IMG/VR virus record: IMGVR_UViG_3300010400_000025
Coordinates: 1-50,607 of that record
Strand: one strand, 5' to 3'
DNA from: a virus
Lineage: Duplodnaviria > Caudoviricetes
DNA: 50,607 nt
Shown: one piece after another, positions 15,121 to 24,334 of the stretch
How positions within the stretch are numbered: the stretch's first letter is position 1
Layout: each line of letters begins with the position of its first letter
Position numbers and translations under genes: made by a program
The notes under the pieces: generated by a model
Databases searched by the model: none
Seen by the model: the letters and a program-made list of their open reading frames with translations, nothing else
What the model was told of the DNA's origin: nothing

Positions 15121-15695
15121 TGCGGCAGCCTCGCGCCGAGCACCTCGCGCTCGATGTCGGTGAGGTCCCAGACGCCGCACACCAGCCACAGATCGGCGCT
15201 GCCGATCCGCCGCAGCAGCATCGGGTCCTTCGGGTAGACCTGGCTCCACTCGGCTTCGTAGAGGATGTGGTAATTCTCCTTGCCGCGCTTCGGTCGGATG
15301 TCCGGCGGGACATGCGGAACGTGCGACGTGTAGGTGCGCAGCAGCCGCCCGTTGAGGCCGGGGAACGTCGCATCGGGAAAGTCGAAATAGCGGTTCTTGG
15401 CCGTCTTGCCATTGACCCAGCTGGTGGTCGCCATGCGGAAGACCTGGTACTGGTGGCTGAACCAGCAGGTTCGGGCGTCAGCGCGGGCGATGGCGAGCTT
15501 CGGCAGCCCGTCCTCGCCCACCCCTGCCGCCGCGATCGACGCCAGCGCACGAATAACCACCTTGCCCTTGGCAATCGCATCGAAGACCCGGCGAATCTCC
15601 TGGTCGACGGGCGGTGAGTAATTCGCGTGGGTCTTGTACTTCTTCCACATCTCCAGGGCCTTGCTCCGGTCCATCTCGATGGTCTGAACGTCCAT
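15117..15695 (-). CDS. Hypothetical phage protein (192 aa)
   Basis: GGAGG RBS; GLPKLAIARADA, DPMLLRRI...WDLTDIER. Confidence 0.8.
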   Translation of the reverse strand: MDVQTIEMDRSKALEMWKKYKTHANYSPPVDQEIRRVFDAIAKGKVVIRALASIAAAGVGEDGLPKLAIARADARTCWFSHQYQVFRMATTSWVNGKTAKNRYFDFPDATFPGLNGRLLRTYTSHVPHVPPDIRPKRGKENYHILYEAEWSQVYPKDPMLLRRIGSADLWLVCGVWDLTDIEREVLGARLPQ

Positions 15696-15749
15696 GGTGA
15701 TCCTCCATCATCCAACGGAAAAACGATCCGATTGTCGGGAAGCGCGACC

Positions 15750-16040
15750 TCACCCGAACACGTCCGGCATGCCGAGCGCTTCGGCGTAAATGCGGTTGAT
15801 CTCGGCCTCGGCCTTCGCCTTGGCGGGGTCGAGGCGGGCTTTCACCACGGCTTTGACGGCCTTGGTGTCGAGGCCTTTTTCCTTGGCCTCCTTCAGCAGT
15901 TCTTTCTGATCTTCGCTGATCGCGCGCTTATCTGCATCGAGCGCCTCGTAGCGTTCGACGACGTTGCTCAGTAATTTGACAGCGACGGCGCGCTCATTGT
16001 CACCACCGCCGACGTCAGGTTGCTTACGTGCTGCTGGCAT
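15750..16040 (-). CDS. gapR: GapR (DUF2312)-like nucleoid-associated DNA-binding protein
   Basis: VVERYEALDADKRAISEDQKELLKEAKEKGLDTKAV...YAEALGM matches GapR; extra PDVFG tail; GGAG RBS. Confidence 0.8.
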   Translation of the reverse strand: MPAARKQPDVGGGDNERAVAVKLLSNVVERYEALDADKRAISEDQKELLKEAKEKGLDTKAVKAVVKARLDPAKAKAEAEINRIYAEALGMPDVFG

Positions 16041-16381
16041 CACCGTTTCTCCGTTCGTCGCCATCTGCGTTTCTTGCTCGCATGGCTGGGTACGCTTTTC
16101 GGACTGTCGAGATCGAGCGGTTCGAACCAGCCTCGGTTCGCCCATTGGGAGAAAAGCGCGCCGAACACTTCGGGGGTGTGCGGCTCGCCGATTTCCGTCT
16201 CAATCAAGAGCCGCAAATCTTCACCCATGCCGATCCAGTCGGCTGGTAGATCGCGCGCCAGGCTGGTCGCTGAACGTTTCCAGACCGCGCTCTCGCTATC
16301 GAGCGTTCGCTTCATCCCTTCGTCGCGGGCAAACGCCGCGACGACAGGATCAAAGACCAGGCGGGGTCCGTTTTTCAGCAT
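16040..16381 (-). CDS. Hypothetical protein (113 aa)
   Basis: TGATG overlaps at both ends; ARDEGM...GEDLR...PHTPEVFGALF. Confidence 0.7.
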   Translation of the reverse strand: MLKNGPRLVFDPVVAAFARDEGMKRTLDSESAVWKRSATSLARDLPADWIGMGEDLRLLIETEIGEPHTPEVFGALFSQWANRGWFEPLDLDSPKSVPSHASKKRRWRRTEKR

Positions 16382-17004
16382 CAGCCGAACAGGCTGCTGG
16401 CGCCGCCCGCCTTGCGGGTTTCGACGATGTCCTCGTCGCCCTCGACGTGCTCGTACCACTTGTCGATATCGAGCGGGCTGACGCCGCCGATCGATTCGCC
16501 GTCGCGGGTCTTCTGGAACATGCGGATGCCGAAGCTTACGCCGTCGCCGGAGCTTGGATGGTTCCATGCCCAGCAGTTGATCACGCCGAAGCCGTAGCAG
16601 CCGGAATAGACCTCCTCCTGCGTGGCCTGCATCTGCTTGGAATTCCACAGCACGACGGGCTTGCGGTCCTCGTTGGCGTTGCAGCGGATGAAGAATAGGC
16701 CGGGGCCGAAGCCGGGGTGCAATTCGCCATCCTGCTTGGAGCGCGCCTCCTTGCCGTCGCCCGCCAGCAGCGGGTTCTTGATGCCGCCCGCCTTGGCGCG
16801 GACCAGGCCTTTCTCGCCCCACTGCTCGACGATGATCTCGGCGATCACCTTCTCCAGCTGCGGGCGCCACTTGTTCTCGAAAATCAAGGTGCAGGAGAAT
16901 TTCTTCGGGGCGCCCTCGGCAGCCGAGCGCGGCTTGAACAGCCCCTGGCTGAACGCCAGGCGGCAGGGCGGGGATTTGAAGTCGTCAGAACGAGCCATAG
17001 CCAT
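16381..17004 (-). CDS. DUF2815-family ssDNA-binding protein
   Basis: RLAFSQGLFKP, KFSCTLIF, NPLLAGDG, EVYSGCY, GVSFGI, QKTRDGESIGG; ends SSLFG. Confidence 0.85.
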   Translation of the reverse strand: MAMARSDDFKSPPCRLAFSQGLFKPRSAAEGAPKKFSCTLIFENKWRPQLEKVIAEIIVEQWGEKGLVRAKAGGIKNPLLAGDGKEARSKQDGELHPGFGPGLFFIRCNANEDRKPVVLWNSKQMQATQEEVYSGCYGFGVINCWAWNHPSSGDGVSFGIRMFQKTRDGESIGGVSPLDIDKWYEHVEGDEDIVETRKAGGASSLFG

Positions 17005-17007
17005 TGA

Positions 17008-18300
17008 TCAGTTCTCCTTTTCACTGGGCTCAAAAAAGCGGTCGACGAGATTGCCGACGGCGGGACGGTTGGTCTTGTCGGAGCGCACCAGGTTCTGGCC
17101 GCTGACGTGCATGTGCCAAAGCGGCGTCAGCTTCTTCTTGGCAGCCGCCGGGATCAGCTTCTCGACCTGGGCGGGTGACATCAGCTTGCGGACGTAGAGC
17201 TTGGAAATGTCGATGTTGACGGCCTTGCCGATCTCGAAAGCCATGTCGGATTCACTGTCGCTGACCCACTTTCGCGTGCCGCGCTTGTCGACCAGCTGGT
17301 AGTTCGGGATGCTGCCGCCGCTCTCGACGAATTGCTGGGCGTAGCTGCGCCTGGCGTTCATCCAATTCTGCAGCGTGTCCATCATGTCGAGATCGCGGGC
17401 GAGCGCCTCCGGCGAGGTGTCGAGCACGCTGTTGTTCGGCGTCAATTCGCCCGTGTCGGGGTTCTCGTCGAACCACTTGTCGACGATGCTGCGGGCGTCG
17501 TTGGCGAGCGCCGGACAGACCCCTTCGGCAGGGCAGAATTGGCATTTTCCCGGTTTCAGGAAATTGTCGCGCCAATCGTCGAGCAGCACCTGGTTGCCCT
17601 GCGCCTTGGCGAACTCGTCGAGCGCCTCGTCGGCCCGGTGCATGCCCTTGAGAAGCTCGGTCGCCCACTCCAGTAGCTCGATGACGTGGAACGTCTCGGA
17701 GCGGATCACGCCGTCCTTGTGCTCGGCGCGCGGCTGCACGATCGTCGTCTTGACGCGCTCGGCGCCCAGGCCGGGATGCGCGAGCACGGCGCCGAGCGCG
17801 TAGGATCGCGTCTGGGCGTTCTCGGCGGCATCGACGATGACGCCCTTGCCGCCCTTGAGATCGACGATTTCGAGCAGTTTTTCCTTCGGCAGATAGGCAA
17901 TGAAATCGCCGGTCCCGCCGCTGTCGAACGGCGGGTTGAGCTTGGCCAGCGACAGCTGCTCTTCGATCCAGAATTGCGCGCCCTTGGCGATCAACCCACG
18001 GCAATAATCGACATAGGTCTGGGCGCACTGCGCCATCTCTTCGTCGACCGTGAAGGTGAAGCGACCGCACACCTGTTTTTCGCCGAGAAAGTCGCTGGCA
18101 TTGAGCTTGAGCCCCGCCGAACCCAGGCACATCTCGGCGATCTGGTGGGCGCACGTTCCCCAGGCAGCCGCTTCGCGCTCGATGCGGGCCGTATGCGGCA
18201 GCGACAGCGACAGCGCCAGACTGCCGGGGCAGTACAGGTGCCGCGCCGTCGCAGACGCCGCCCACGTCGCGTGAGCCCGCACGCTGTGCGAGGTGCTCAC
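17008..18300 (-). CDS. DUF2800-family (Cas4-like PD-(D/E)XK) exonuclease
   Basis: HATWAAS..CPGS, GTCAH, GGTGD, VDLKGGKG, YALGA, IVQPR, CQFCPAEGVCP. Confidence 0.85.
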   Translation of the reverse strand: MSTSHSVRAHATWAASATARHLYCPGSLALSLSLPHTARIEREAAAWGTCAHQIAEMCLGSAGLKLNASDFLGEKQVCGRFTFTVDEEMAQCAQTYVDYCRGLIAKGAQFWIEEQLSLAKLNPPFDSGGTGDFIAYLPKEKLLEIVDLKGGKGVIVDAAENAQTRSYALGAVLAHPGLGAERVKTTIVQPRAEHKDGVIRSETFHVIELLEWATELLKGMHRADEALDEFAKAQGNQVLLDDWRDNFLKPGKCQFCPAEGVCPALANDARSIVDKWFDENPDTGELTPNNSVLDTSPEALARDLDMMDTLQNWMNARRSYAQQFVESGGSIPNYQLVDKRGTRKWVSDSESDMAFEIGKAVNIDISKLYVRKLMSPAQVEKLIPAAAKKKLTPLWHMHVSGQNLVRSDKTNRPAVGNLVDRFFEPSEKEN

Positions 18301-18800
18301 AGGTCGATCCGCTTGCGCTTGAACGGGTTCTTGCTGGACATGTCCTTGATGTCCGCAATGACCTGGTCGTGCATGCCGGGAGGGATGTCGCTGACCTTGG
18401 CTACCGAGCCGTCGGTGAAGCGCAGCTTGTACATGGCCAGCACGTCGGGGATCGTGAAGTCCATGCCGTATTTGTCGACGTAGTGCTTGTTGAGCGCATC
18501 GCGGACCCGGTCGCGGGCTGCCTCGATGTCCTCGGCCTGCGTCTCGTCGGCGACCTCGGCCTGCGTCTCGGCGTCGGCGGCAGCCGCGTCCTGCTCGGGG
18601 CGCTCCTCGGTCGTCTTCTTCGGGCGTCCTTTGCCGCGCTTCGGCGCCGCCGCGACCTCTTCGGTCGCGGCGCCGTTGCCGACGGATTCCGGCTCGGCGA
18701 TCTGCTCGACCTTGGGGCCGATCGGCATGGTCAGGAACCCGACCATCTGGTCGCGCAATTCGGCTGCGTCATTGCCGGTAACGATGATCTGGATGGGCAT
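18297..18800 (-). CDS. Hypothetical protein with a low-complexity linker (167 aa)
   Basis: GGAG RBS; PKRGKGRPKK AT-hook-like motif; lies directly upstream of DUF2800. Confidence 0.75.
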   Translation of the reverse strand: MPIQIIVTGNDAAELRDQMVGFLTMPIGPKVEQIAEPESVGNGAATEEVAAAPKRGKGRPKKTTEERPEQDAAAADAETQAEVADETQAEDIEAARDRVRDALNKHYVDKYGMDFTIPDVLAMYKLRFTDGSVAKVSDIPPGMHDQVIADIKDMSSKNPFKRKRIDL

Positions 18801-18804
18801 TGTG

Positions 18805-20178
18805 TCAGTCTCCATTGTGAACACTCAAGACATTGCGAATTGCCGTCCACAGGACCAACAGGCGCCCCTGCACGGCTTCGTCGATCGAGTGCGCCAAGGC
18901 GCACACTTTCACGAAGGCTTGCCGTTTCTGGTTGATGTTGGTGATGCGCAGCGACATCTGCCGCATCTGGCGTGGCACGAATGTCGTCTCGGCGAACCAC
19001 AGGGTCGACGCGGCGCTGAGATCGATCGCCTCGCCCGCCGCCTCGATCTGGGCGAGGAAAACCTGGGTGCCGCCATCCATGAATTTTTCGAGGTTCAACT
19101 GGCGCTGCCTCGGCAGCGTCGAGCCGTCGATCCCGGTGACCGAGATGCCGCAATTGACGAGCCCGTCGAGCAACGCTCGACCGACGTCCTTGTGCCAGTA
19201 GGCGATCACCAGCTTGTCGAGCCCGCTGTCGAATTCGTCGGCTGCCGCCGCGACGATCGCCGGGGCCTTGATGGTGCCGGTCAACCGGCGCAGCGGTCCG
19301 AGATGCATGTCGAGCGCATCGGTGTCGCCCGCGTCGGCGGCGGCGAGGATCACCGCCTGGTCGAGGTCCTTCTCGATCTCGCGGCGCTGTTTTTCCGAGA
19401 TCAGCAGCGGCATGATTTCGAAGATCGGCGGGCGGATGCCGACCGATTCCTGCGTACGCCGCAGCATCCAGCCGCCGATGCGCTCGCGAAGCTCCTGCTC
19501 GTTGCGCCCGCCGACCACCACCGGAATCTTGTTCCAGGCGCTGATCTGCTTCATGCGGACGATGCAGTAGCGGTACATGAAATCGTCTTCCTGCCTGACG
19601 TCCGGCCAGCCCCTGGCGCGGTTGGCCATGAGCTTCTCCGGCGTCAGCGCCCGCAGCATCGGGTAGGCGTCGAACGGGCTATGCGGCAGCGGCGTGCCGG
19701 TCAGGCACCACAGCCGATCGCCGCGTATCGACAGCGAACGCAGCTGGTCGAGATCGCGACCGCCGCCGACCAGCTTGCCGTACAGCGACTGCGTGCGCTT
19801 GGCGCTGAAGCGCTTGGCGGCGTGGCTTTCGTCGGCGATGATGACGTCCCAGCGGTAGCCGATCAGGTTGCCGAGCTTGGCCGGGGCTTGCAGCAGCGAC
19901 CAGGCGACGATGATGACGTCGGCCTTCGGGACGCCACCGCCGATGTAGATCGCGGCGCGGCGCTCGGGCGACCAGTCGCGGAACGCCTTCTCCCAGACGG
20001 CACGGCCAGAGGCCGTGGTGATGACGAGAATGGTGTTGGCGTGGATGCGGTCGGCGGCGAGGATCGCGGCGCCGGTCTTGCCCACCCTGGGCTCATCGGC
20101 GAGCAGCCCGCTTGCGCCGATTTCCGACAGGAATGTCGCACCAGTCAGCTGGTGCGCAAATGGCGTCATCTGTGACAT
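18805..20178 (-). CDS. SNF2-family helicase
   Basis: LADEPRVGKT, IADESH, LTGTP, IDGST, GEAIDLSAA. Confidence 0.9.
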   Translation of the reverse strand: MSQMTPFAHQLTGATFLSEIGASGLLADEPRVGKTGAAILAADRIHANTILVITTASGRAVWEKAFRDWSPERRAAIYIGGGVPKADVIIVAWSLLQAPAKLGNLIGYRWDVIIADESHAAKRFSAKRTQSLYGKLVGGGRDLDQLRSLSIRGDRLWCLTGTPLPHSPFDAYPMLRALTPEKLMANRARGWPDVRQEDDFMYRYCIVRMKQISAWNKIPVVVGGRNEQELRERIGGWMLRRTQESVGIRPPIFEIMPLLISEKQRREIEKDLDQAVILAAADAGDTDALDMHLGPLRRLTGTIKAPAIVAAAADEFDSGLDKLVIAYWHKDVGRALLDGLVNCGISVTGIDGSTLPRQRQLNLEKFMDGGTQVFLAQIEAAGEAIDLSAASTLWFAETTFVPRQMRQMSLRITNINQKRQAFVKVCALAHSIDEAVQGRLLVLWTAIRNVLSVHNGD

Positions 20179-20257
20179 CTTCAGCCAAAAAAGCGCAAAT
20201 TGAGCGAATTGTGCCTATCGTGTCCTTGGGACATTGTGAACACGTCAGACACAGCAG

Positions 20258-20680
20258 TCAAGCGAAAACGCTCGTGGCGATCTCCTCGATCGTAATGATC
20301 AGCGCGGGCGCTTCGTGATACAACTTGCGGGCTTTCAATTCACAGATTTGAGCGTCGTCGTGCCAGCAAACGAGGTTGAGGGCATCAATAAATTTCGAGA
20401 CGTTGTCGACGTCCGGCTTTTTCGTCGGGAGGATGACGCCGGACAGTGCTTGCGCCTTCCACTTCTTTGATTTCGACTGCGGCACTTCCATGCGGATTTC
20501 GATTCCGACGCGCAGCGGGCCGCTCAAAAGCGGACGCCCAGCCATTTCGTGCTGGGCTTCGTGCGCCAGGCGTGCCTCGTAATGGATAGTCTTTTGCGGG
20601 GTGAATGGCCTTTGGCCTTCTTGGGTAAAACGCACCCTTTGCTTGCCAAGGGCGCGTCCTGCCACAACTATCGTGATCAT
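20258..20680 (-). CDS. rusA: RusA-family Holliday junction resolvase
   Basis: KQRVRF, KKPDVDNVSKFIDALN...WHDDAQI; ends TSVFA. Confidence 0.9.
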   Translation of the reverse strand: MITIVVAGRALGKQRVRFTQEGQRPFTPQKTIHYEARLAHEAQHEMAGRPLLSGPLRVGIEIRMEVPQSKSKKWKAQALSGVILPTKKPDVDNVSKFIDALNLVCWHDDAQICELKARKLYHEAPALIITIEEIATSVFA

Positions 20681-20868
20681 TTTTGCAGCGCATATGCCAT
20701 GCCGATGAGGCACGTCACTGTGTCGACATCTTCTGGGACGGTTAACTCCAGCATTAGATGGCAAAAATTCCTGACCAATAGTTCTTCAGTGGGTCGATCT
20801 GCTTCCGCGACCGCTTCGATAAGGCGATCGATTTCCTTGGCAAAATTGGCGTTTCCATTCTGGGTCAT
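20677..20868 (-). CDS. Small hypothetical protein, first gene of the leftward operon (63 aa)
   Basis: GGAGAGG RBS; ATGA overlap with rusA. Confidence 0.65.
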   Translation of the reverse strand: MTQNGNANFAKEIDRLIEAVAEADRPTEELLVRNFCHLMLELTVPEDVDTVTCLIGMAYALQK

Positions 20869-20939
20869 CAGGGACCTCTCCTCAAGCGTCTGTAAATCCG
20901 TGCCCCCGCTCTTGCTAAATGTTGTCCTTCGCATCACAC

Positions 20940-21075
20940 TGCGTATGTCACCGCAGGGTCCGCAGTTAAGAGACTAAGCTCAATTTTCTTCGCTGGCAAA
21001 GGGCAAAATATGTGTGTGTCCTACAAAAATGTCTTGACACCCGTCTGTTGAACCCCTTAGCTGTGACATACACAG
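20940..21075. promoter_or_regulatory. Divergent control (immunity) region
   Basis: AT-richer gap between divergent operons; TTGACA 21034-21039; inverted GTGACATAC boxes at 20943-20951 and 21063-21071. Confidence 0.7.
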
Positions 21076-21124
21076 TCGAGACATCGAGTCTCGCTTACTC
21101 ACAAAGGAAACCCGAGAACCCAAT

Positions 21125-21583
21125 ATGGCTCGCACCCAAAAGCATCACATCATGTCTGACGCCCCCAACAATGCGGTAACGGCAGACGCACCCAGGCACC
21201 TGACTAAGCAGGAATTTGGTCGGCGCCTCAATCAACTTATGTTGAAGAAAGGCATGCATCACGCCGAGCTTGCTCGACGCGCCGATCTCCCCCGCAACAA
21301 CATCTCGACGTACATCAACGGTCGGTCCTATCCGACCGAGCAGAGCCTGGCGAAGCTCGCCAAGGCGCTCGGCACCACCTCGGACGAGCTTCTCCCGAAC
21401 AGGGCGGAAATGGCGATCCGTGGGGAGAGCCAGCCGGACCTTTCCATGAAGTCCAGTGTGGCCGATCCAGGCAAGGCATGGCTGGTCGTCAACCGGCTCG
21501 TCTCGACGAGGCTCGCCGCCGAGATCATGGTGCTGCTTGAGAAAGAGCGACTATCAGAATCCGCCCCCAACGGCGCAAAATAA
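21125..21583 (+). CDS. XRE-family HTH repressor
   Basis: FGRRLNQLMLKKGMHHAELARRADLPRNNISTYINGRSYPTEQSLAKLAKALG; no S24 peptidase domain seen. Confidence 0.9.
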   Translation: MARTQKHHIMSDAPNNAVTADAPRHLTKQEFGRRLNQLMLKKGMHHAELARRADLPRNNISTYINGRSYPTEQSLAKLAKALGTTSDELLPNRAEMAIRGESQPDLSMKSSVADPGKAWLVVNRLVSTRLAAEIMVLLEKERLSESAPNGAK

Positions 21584-21602
21584 GAAAAAAGGACCTGAAA
21601 AA

Positions 21603-22811
21603 ATGACCATCTCCTACAAGATCGATCTCGACCGCGAAAACGACAGCGGCATCTACTACGTGCACTGGCGCGCGAACGTCAAAGGCAAGCTACGCAACAA
21701 GCGCGCCAGCCTGAAGACGCGCGTCTTTGAGGAAACCGACGCGGCGCTCAAGCAGTTCCTCATCAAGAAGGGCGAGACGGTCGACACCGTCGCCCAAAGC
21801 GGCGTCGTCTACACGATCGCCGACCTCTGGCCGCTCTATCTGGAGAAGCTCAAGGCGGGCCGCACCCTTGAGCGCGCCGAAAGTGTCTGGGAGCATTGCA
21901 TGCGCGGTCACTTCGGCCATCTGACGGTGCCGGAAGTCACCAACCTGGTCGTCCAGGATTACATCCAGAAGCGCACGTCCGGCAGGCTCACCTGTCCCGG
22001 CAGGGGCGGGCGCAAGACCGGCAGGGCGGTGAAGGGGCCGACGGTGCGCAACGAGATCGTGCTCTTGACCGCCTGCATGAACTATAGCTCGCAGCGCAAA
22101 TACCTGAACGAGCTTTTCGCGCCGACGCTGATCAAGGGTTTTAAGCTGCCCGACGCTTCGAAGCCGCGTGATCGCGTGCTGACCGACGACGAGATGGACC
22201 GGCTGCTGGACGCCGCCGTCGCCCGCTCGCAGGCCGAAGGCAAGCTCTCGCGCATCGAGCTTTTCATCCGCCTGGCCTACCAGACGGCGGGCCGCGAGAA
22301 GGCGGTGCGCACCCTGACGTTCGATCCCAAGCGCATCGATTTCGAGCAGAACTTCATCAACCTCGACGACGGTCATCGCCTGAAGAAGGACAAGAAGCGG
22401 GCCGTCATCTACATGGACGCCACGCTGGCGGCGGTGCTGCGGCGGGCGCTGGCCGAGAGCGACCAATCGGTGCCGCTGGAAAAGCGCTACGTGCTCGGCC
22501 ATCCCGGCCAGATATGGCCGACCTTCCAGCGCGTCGTGCATGAGGCTGGCCTGACGCCGGAAGGCTGGGTGCTGCCTGCCCGGTCGAAGACGCCGCTGAC
22601 CACCGGCATCAGCCCGCACACGCTGCGCCACACGGCGGCGACCAACATGCTCAAGGACGGCGTCCCGGTGTCGCACGTCGCCGAGTTCCTCGGTGACACG
22701 ATCGCCACCGTCGAGCGCAACTACAAGCACTTGCTATCGGGTCACCTGAAGGCGGCGGCTGCGGTGCTGGCGCCTAAACTGCGCGTCGTCAGGGATCGGG
22801 ACGCGGCGTGA
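21603..22811 (+). CDS. int: Tyrosine recombinase / integrase
   Basis: RDRVLT, TAGR, PHTLRHTAAT, VAEFLGD, VERNYKH catalytic motifs; N-terminal arm-binding-like YYVHW segment. Confidence 0.92.
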   Translation: MTISYKIDLDRENDSGIYYVHWRANVKGKLRNKRASLKTRVFEETDAALKQFLIKKGETVDTVAQSGVVYTIADLWPLYLEKLKAGRTLERAESVWEHCMRGHFGHLTVPEVTNLVVQDYIQKRTSGRLTCPGRGGRKTGRAVKGPTVRNEIVLLTACMNYSSQRKYLNELFAPTLIKGFKLPDASKPRDRVLTDDEMDRLLDAAVARSQAEGKLSRIELFIRLAYQTAGREKAVRTLTFDPKRIDFEQNFINLDDGHRLKKDKKRAVIYMDATLAAVLRRALAESDQSVPLEKRYVLGHPGQIWPTFQRVVHEAGLTPEGWVLPARSKTPLTTGISPHTLRHTAATNMLKDGVPVSHVAEFLGDTIATVERNYKHLLSGHLKAAAAVLAPKLRVVRDRDAA

Positions 22812-22889
22812 GGCGGCGCAGCGACATGATGTTTGAGCGCGCGTTCCTGCGCGCGCTCGCCAACCACCCTCCAGTCGAAAGAGAAAAAC

Positions 22890-23087
22890 GTGAAAGCGGT
22901 CTACCAGATCATGAAGTCTCAAACCAAGCTGGAGGTCGGCGCACAAGCCGACCTCTCAGCCGACAAGCTGCGCACGCTGATGAAGGAGGTCGCTGCCGAT
23001 CTCTTCGAAACGTCGCAGGATTTGTCGGTGCTCTGGGGCGAGCTAGGCGGCGTGATGAAGAAGTTCGAAAAGGGGATCAAGAAGTGA
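22890..23087 (+). CDS. Hypothetical helical protein (65 aa)
   Basis: GTG start after a purine-rich tract; amphipathic helix pattern. Confidence 0.5.
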   Translation: MKAVYQIMKSQTKLEVGAQADLSADKLRTLMKEVAADLFETSQDLSVLWGELGGVMKKFEKGIKK

Positions 23088-23268
23088 TCCCCAGAGGCGC
23101 CCAGACGCTCGAATTGATCAGCGGCATCATCTACTGGTCGCTGGACAATTGGGAGACGGTCCACCGGCTCTCACCAGGGTGCAAGCAGTCACGCATCGTG
23201 CGTGACAAGTTTCAGGCAGACCAGGTCCGGCACCTGGTCGTGTGCCAGTCATCGGCGGGGCCTGGCTG

Positions 23269-23487
23269 ATGCTCGATCGATCGCTGTGGAGCGCGAAACT
23301 GACTGACGAAGTGCTGGAAGAGGCGCGCCATCGGCGCGCCTTTTCGCTTGACGATCCCGGCTTCTGCCTGATTTGCGGGCTTGAGCACGGAGGTGTAGAG
23401 CCGGATGCGCGCGGCTATACGTGCGAAAGTTGCGGGGCGCATGAAGTCTACGGAATAGAGGAACTGATAATGGAAATTTCACTATGA
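23269..23487 (+). CDS. Zn-ribbon protein (72 aa)
   Basis: GFCLICG...EPDARGYTCESCG...VYG. Confidence 0.75.
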   Translation: MLDRSLWSAKLTDEVLEEARHRRAFSLDDPGFCLICGLEHGGVEPDARGYTCESCGAHEVYGIEELIMEISL

Positions 23488-23786
23488 CGATCGCGAGGAG
23501 AGCATTCATCGAGACACCAGCGGAAGAGCGTGGCAGGCTCGCTTCCGATCGTGTCGGCGAATACCACTATGACGAGTTGGGCGACTACGTTTCGTTGACC
23601 GCCAGCTTGTTGCGGCAATCGCACATGAAGTACAACCACGTCGCCAAGGCGACCGGCATGAGCGGCACCACCGCTTCGAACCTGGCGAGCGGAAAAACCA
23701 GATATCCTAGGTTCACGACGATCGCCGGAATACTCGGCGCCATGGGCTACGAAACGGTCATCAGAGCAGGAAAGAAAAGGCCATGA
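23484..23786 (+). CDS. XRE-family HTH protein
   Basis: VAKATGMSGTTASNLASGKTRYPRFTTIAGILGAMG. Confidence 0.85.
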   Translation: MTIARRAFIETPAEERGRLASDRVGEYHYDELGDYVSLTASLLRQSHMKYNHVAKATGMSGTTASNLASGKTRYPRFTTIAGILGAMGYETVIRAGKKRP

Positions 23787-24334
23787 AGGACATACAGGCT
23801 ACATTGAAGCGCATCGACGAGCAGATCACCGGGCATCACCAGACGATCGCTCGGGTGCGGGTGGAGATCGCCAAATTGCAGGAGGCGCGGCTGACCCTGA
23901 TGGGGCTCGCGGAGGAGGATATCGCGGCTGCTGGCTACGCCAGGGAAGAGCGCCAGGGCGTCATCAACGGATCGCACGCCAAGCCGATGCTGATCGTGCG
24001 CAAGGTCGGCACGGGCGACGAGAACGGCAGCGCCAGCAAAGCCGCCAAGAACGGCGTGCCGGTCAACAAGAGCGGCAACCGGCGCGGCATGGATCAGCCG
24101 CGCGGCAAGAAGCCGAGAGGCTCCGGCAGCCATGGCAAATACAAGACCGCCCTGGTCAACATATTGAAGGGCGGCGCCGAATTGAGCATCGAAGCTATGA
24201 TCGCTCGGCTCGGCGAGGGGCCGAAGCACGGCAAGGATCGCCAGCCGATCTACCAGGCGCTCTACGAGCTAAAGCGCGACAAGGTTCTGCACAGCCCGAG
24301 CGGGCCGGGGAGCTACCAGATAGGAGCGTCGTGA
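23783..24334 (+). CDS. Coiled-coil protein with a C-terminal winged-helix-like domain
   Basis: N-terminal heptads, basic linker, LSIEAMIARL...IYQALYELKR...GSYQI. Confidence 0.7.
   Translation: MKDIQATLKRIDEQITGHHQTIARVRVEIAKLQEARLTLMGLAEEDIAAAGYAREERQGVINGSHAKPMLIVRKVGTGDENGSASKAAKNGVPVNKSGNRRGMDQPRGKKPRGSGSHGKYKTALVNILKGGAELSIEAMIARLGEGPKHGKDRQPIYQALYELKRDKVLHSPSGPGSYQIGAS

Noticed and set aside
17008-18300. Cas4-like nuclease as a CRISPR-Cas component
   Set aside because: It sits in the usual DUF2800-DUF2815-PolA replication context, with no cas1, cas2 or array.
18487-20175. 562-aa plus-strand ORF
   Set aside because: Antisense shadow of the SNF2 helicase gene.
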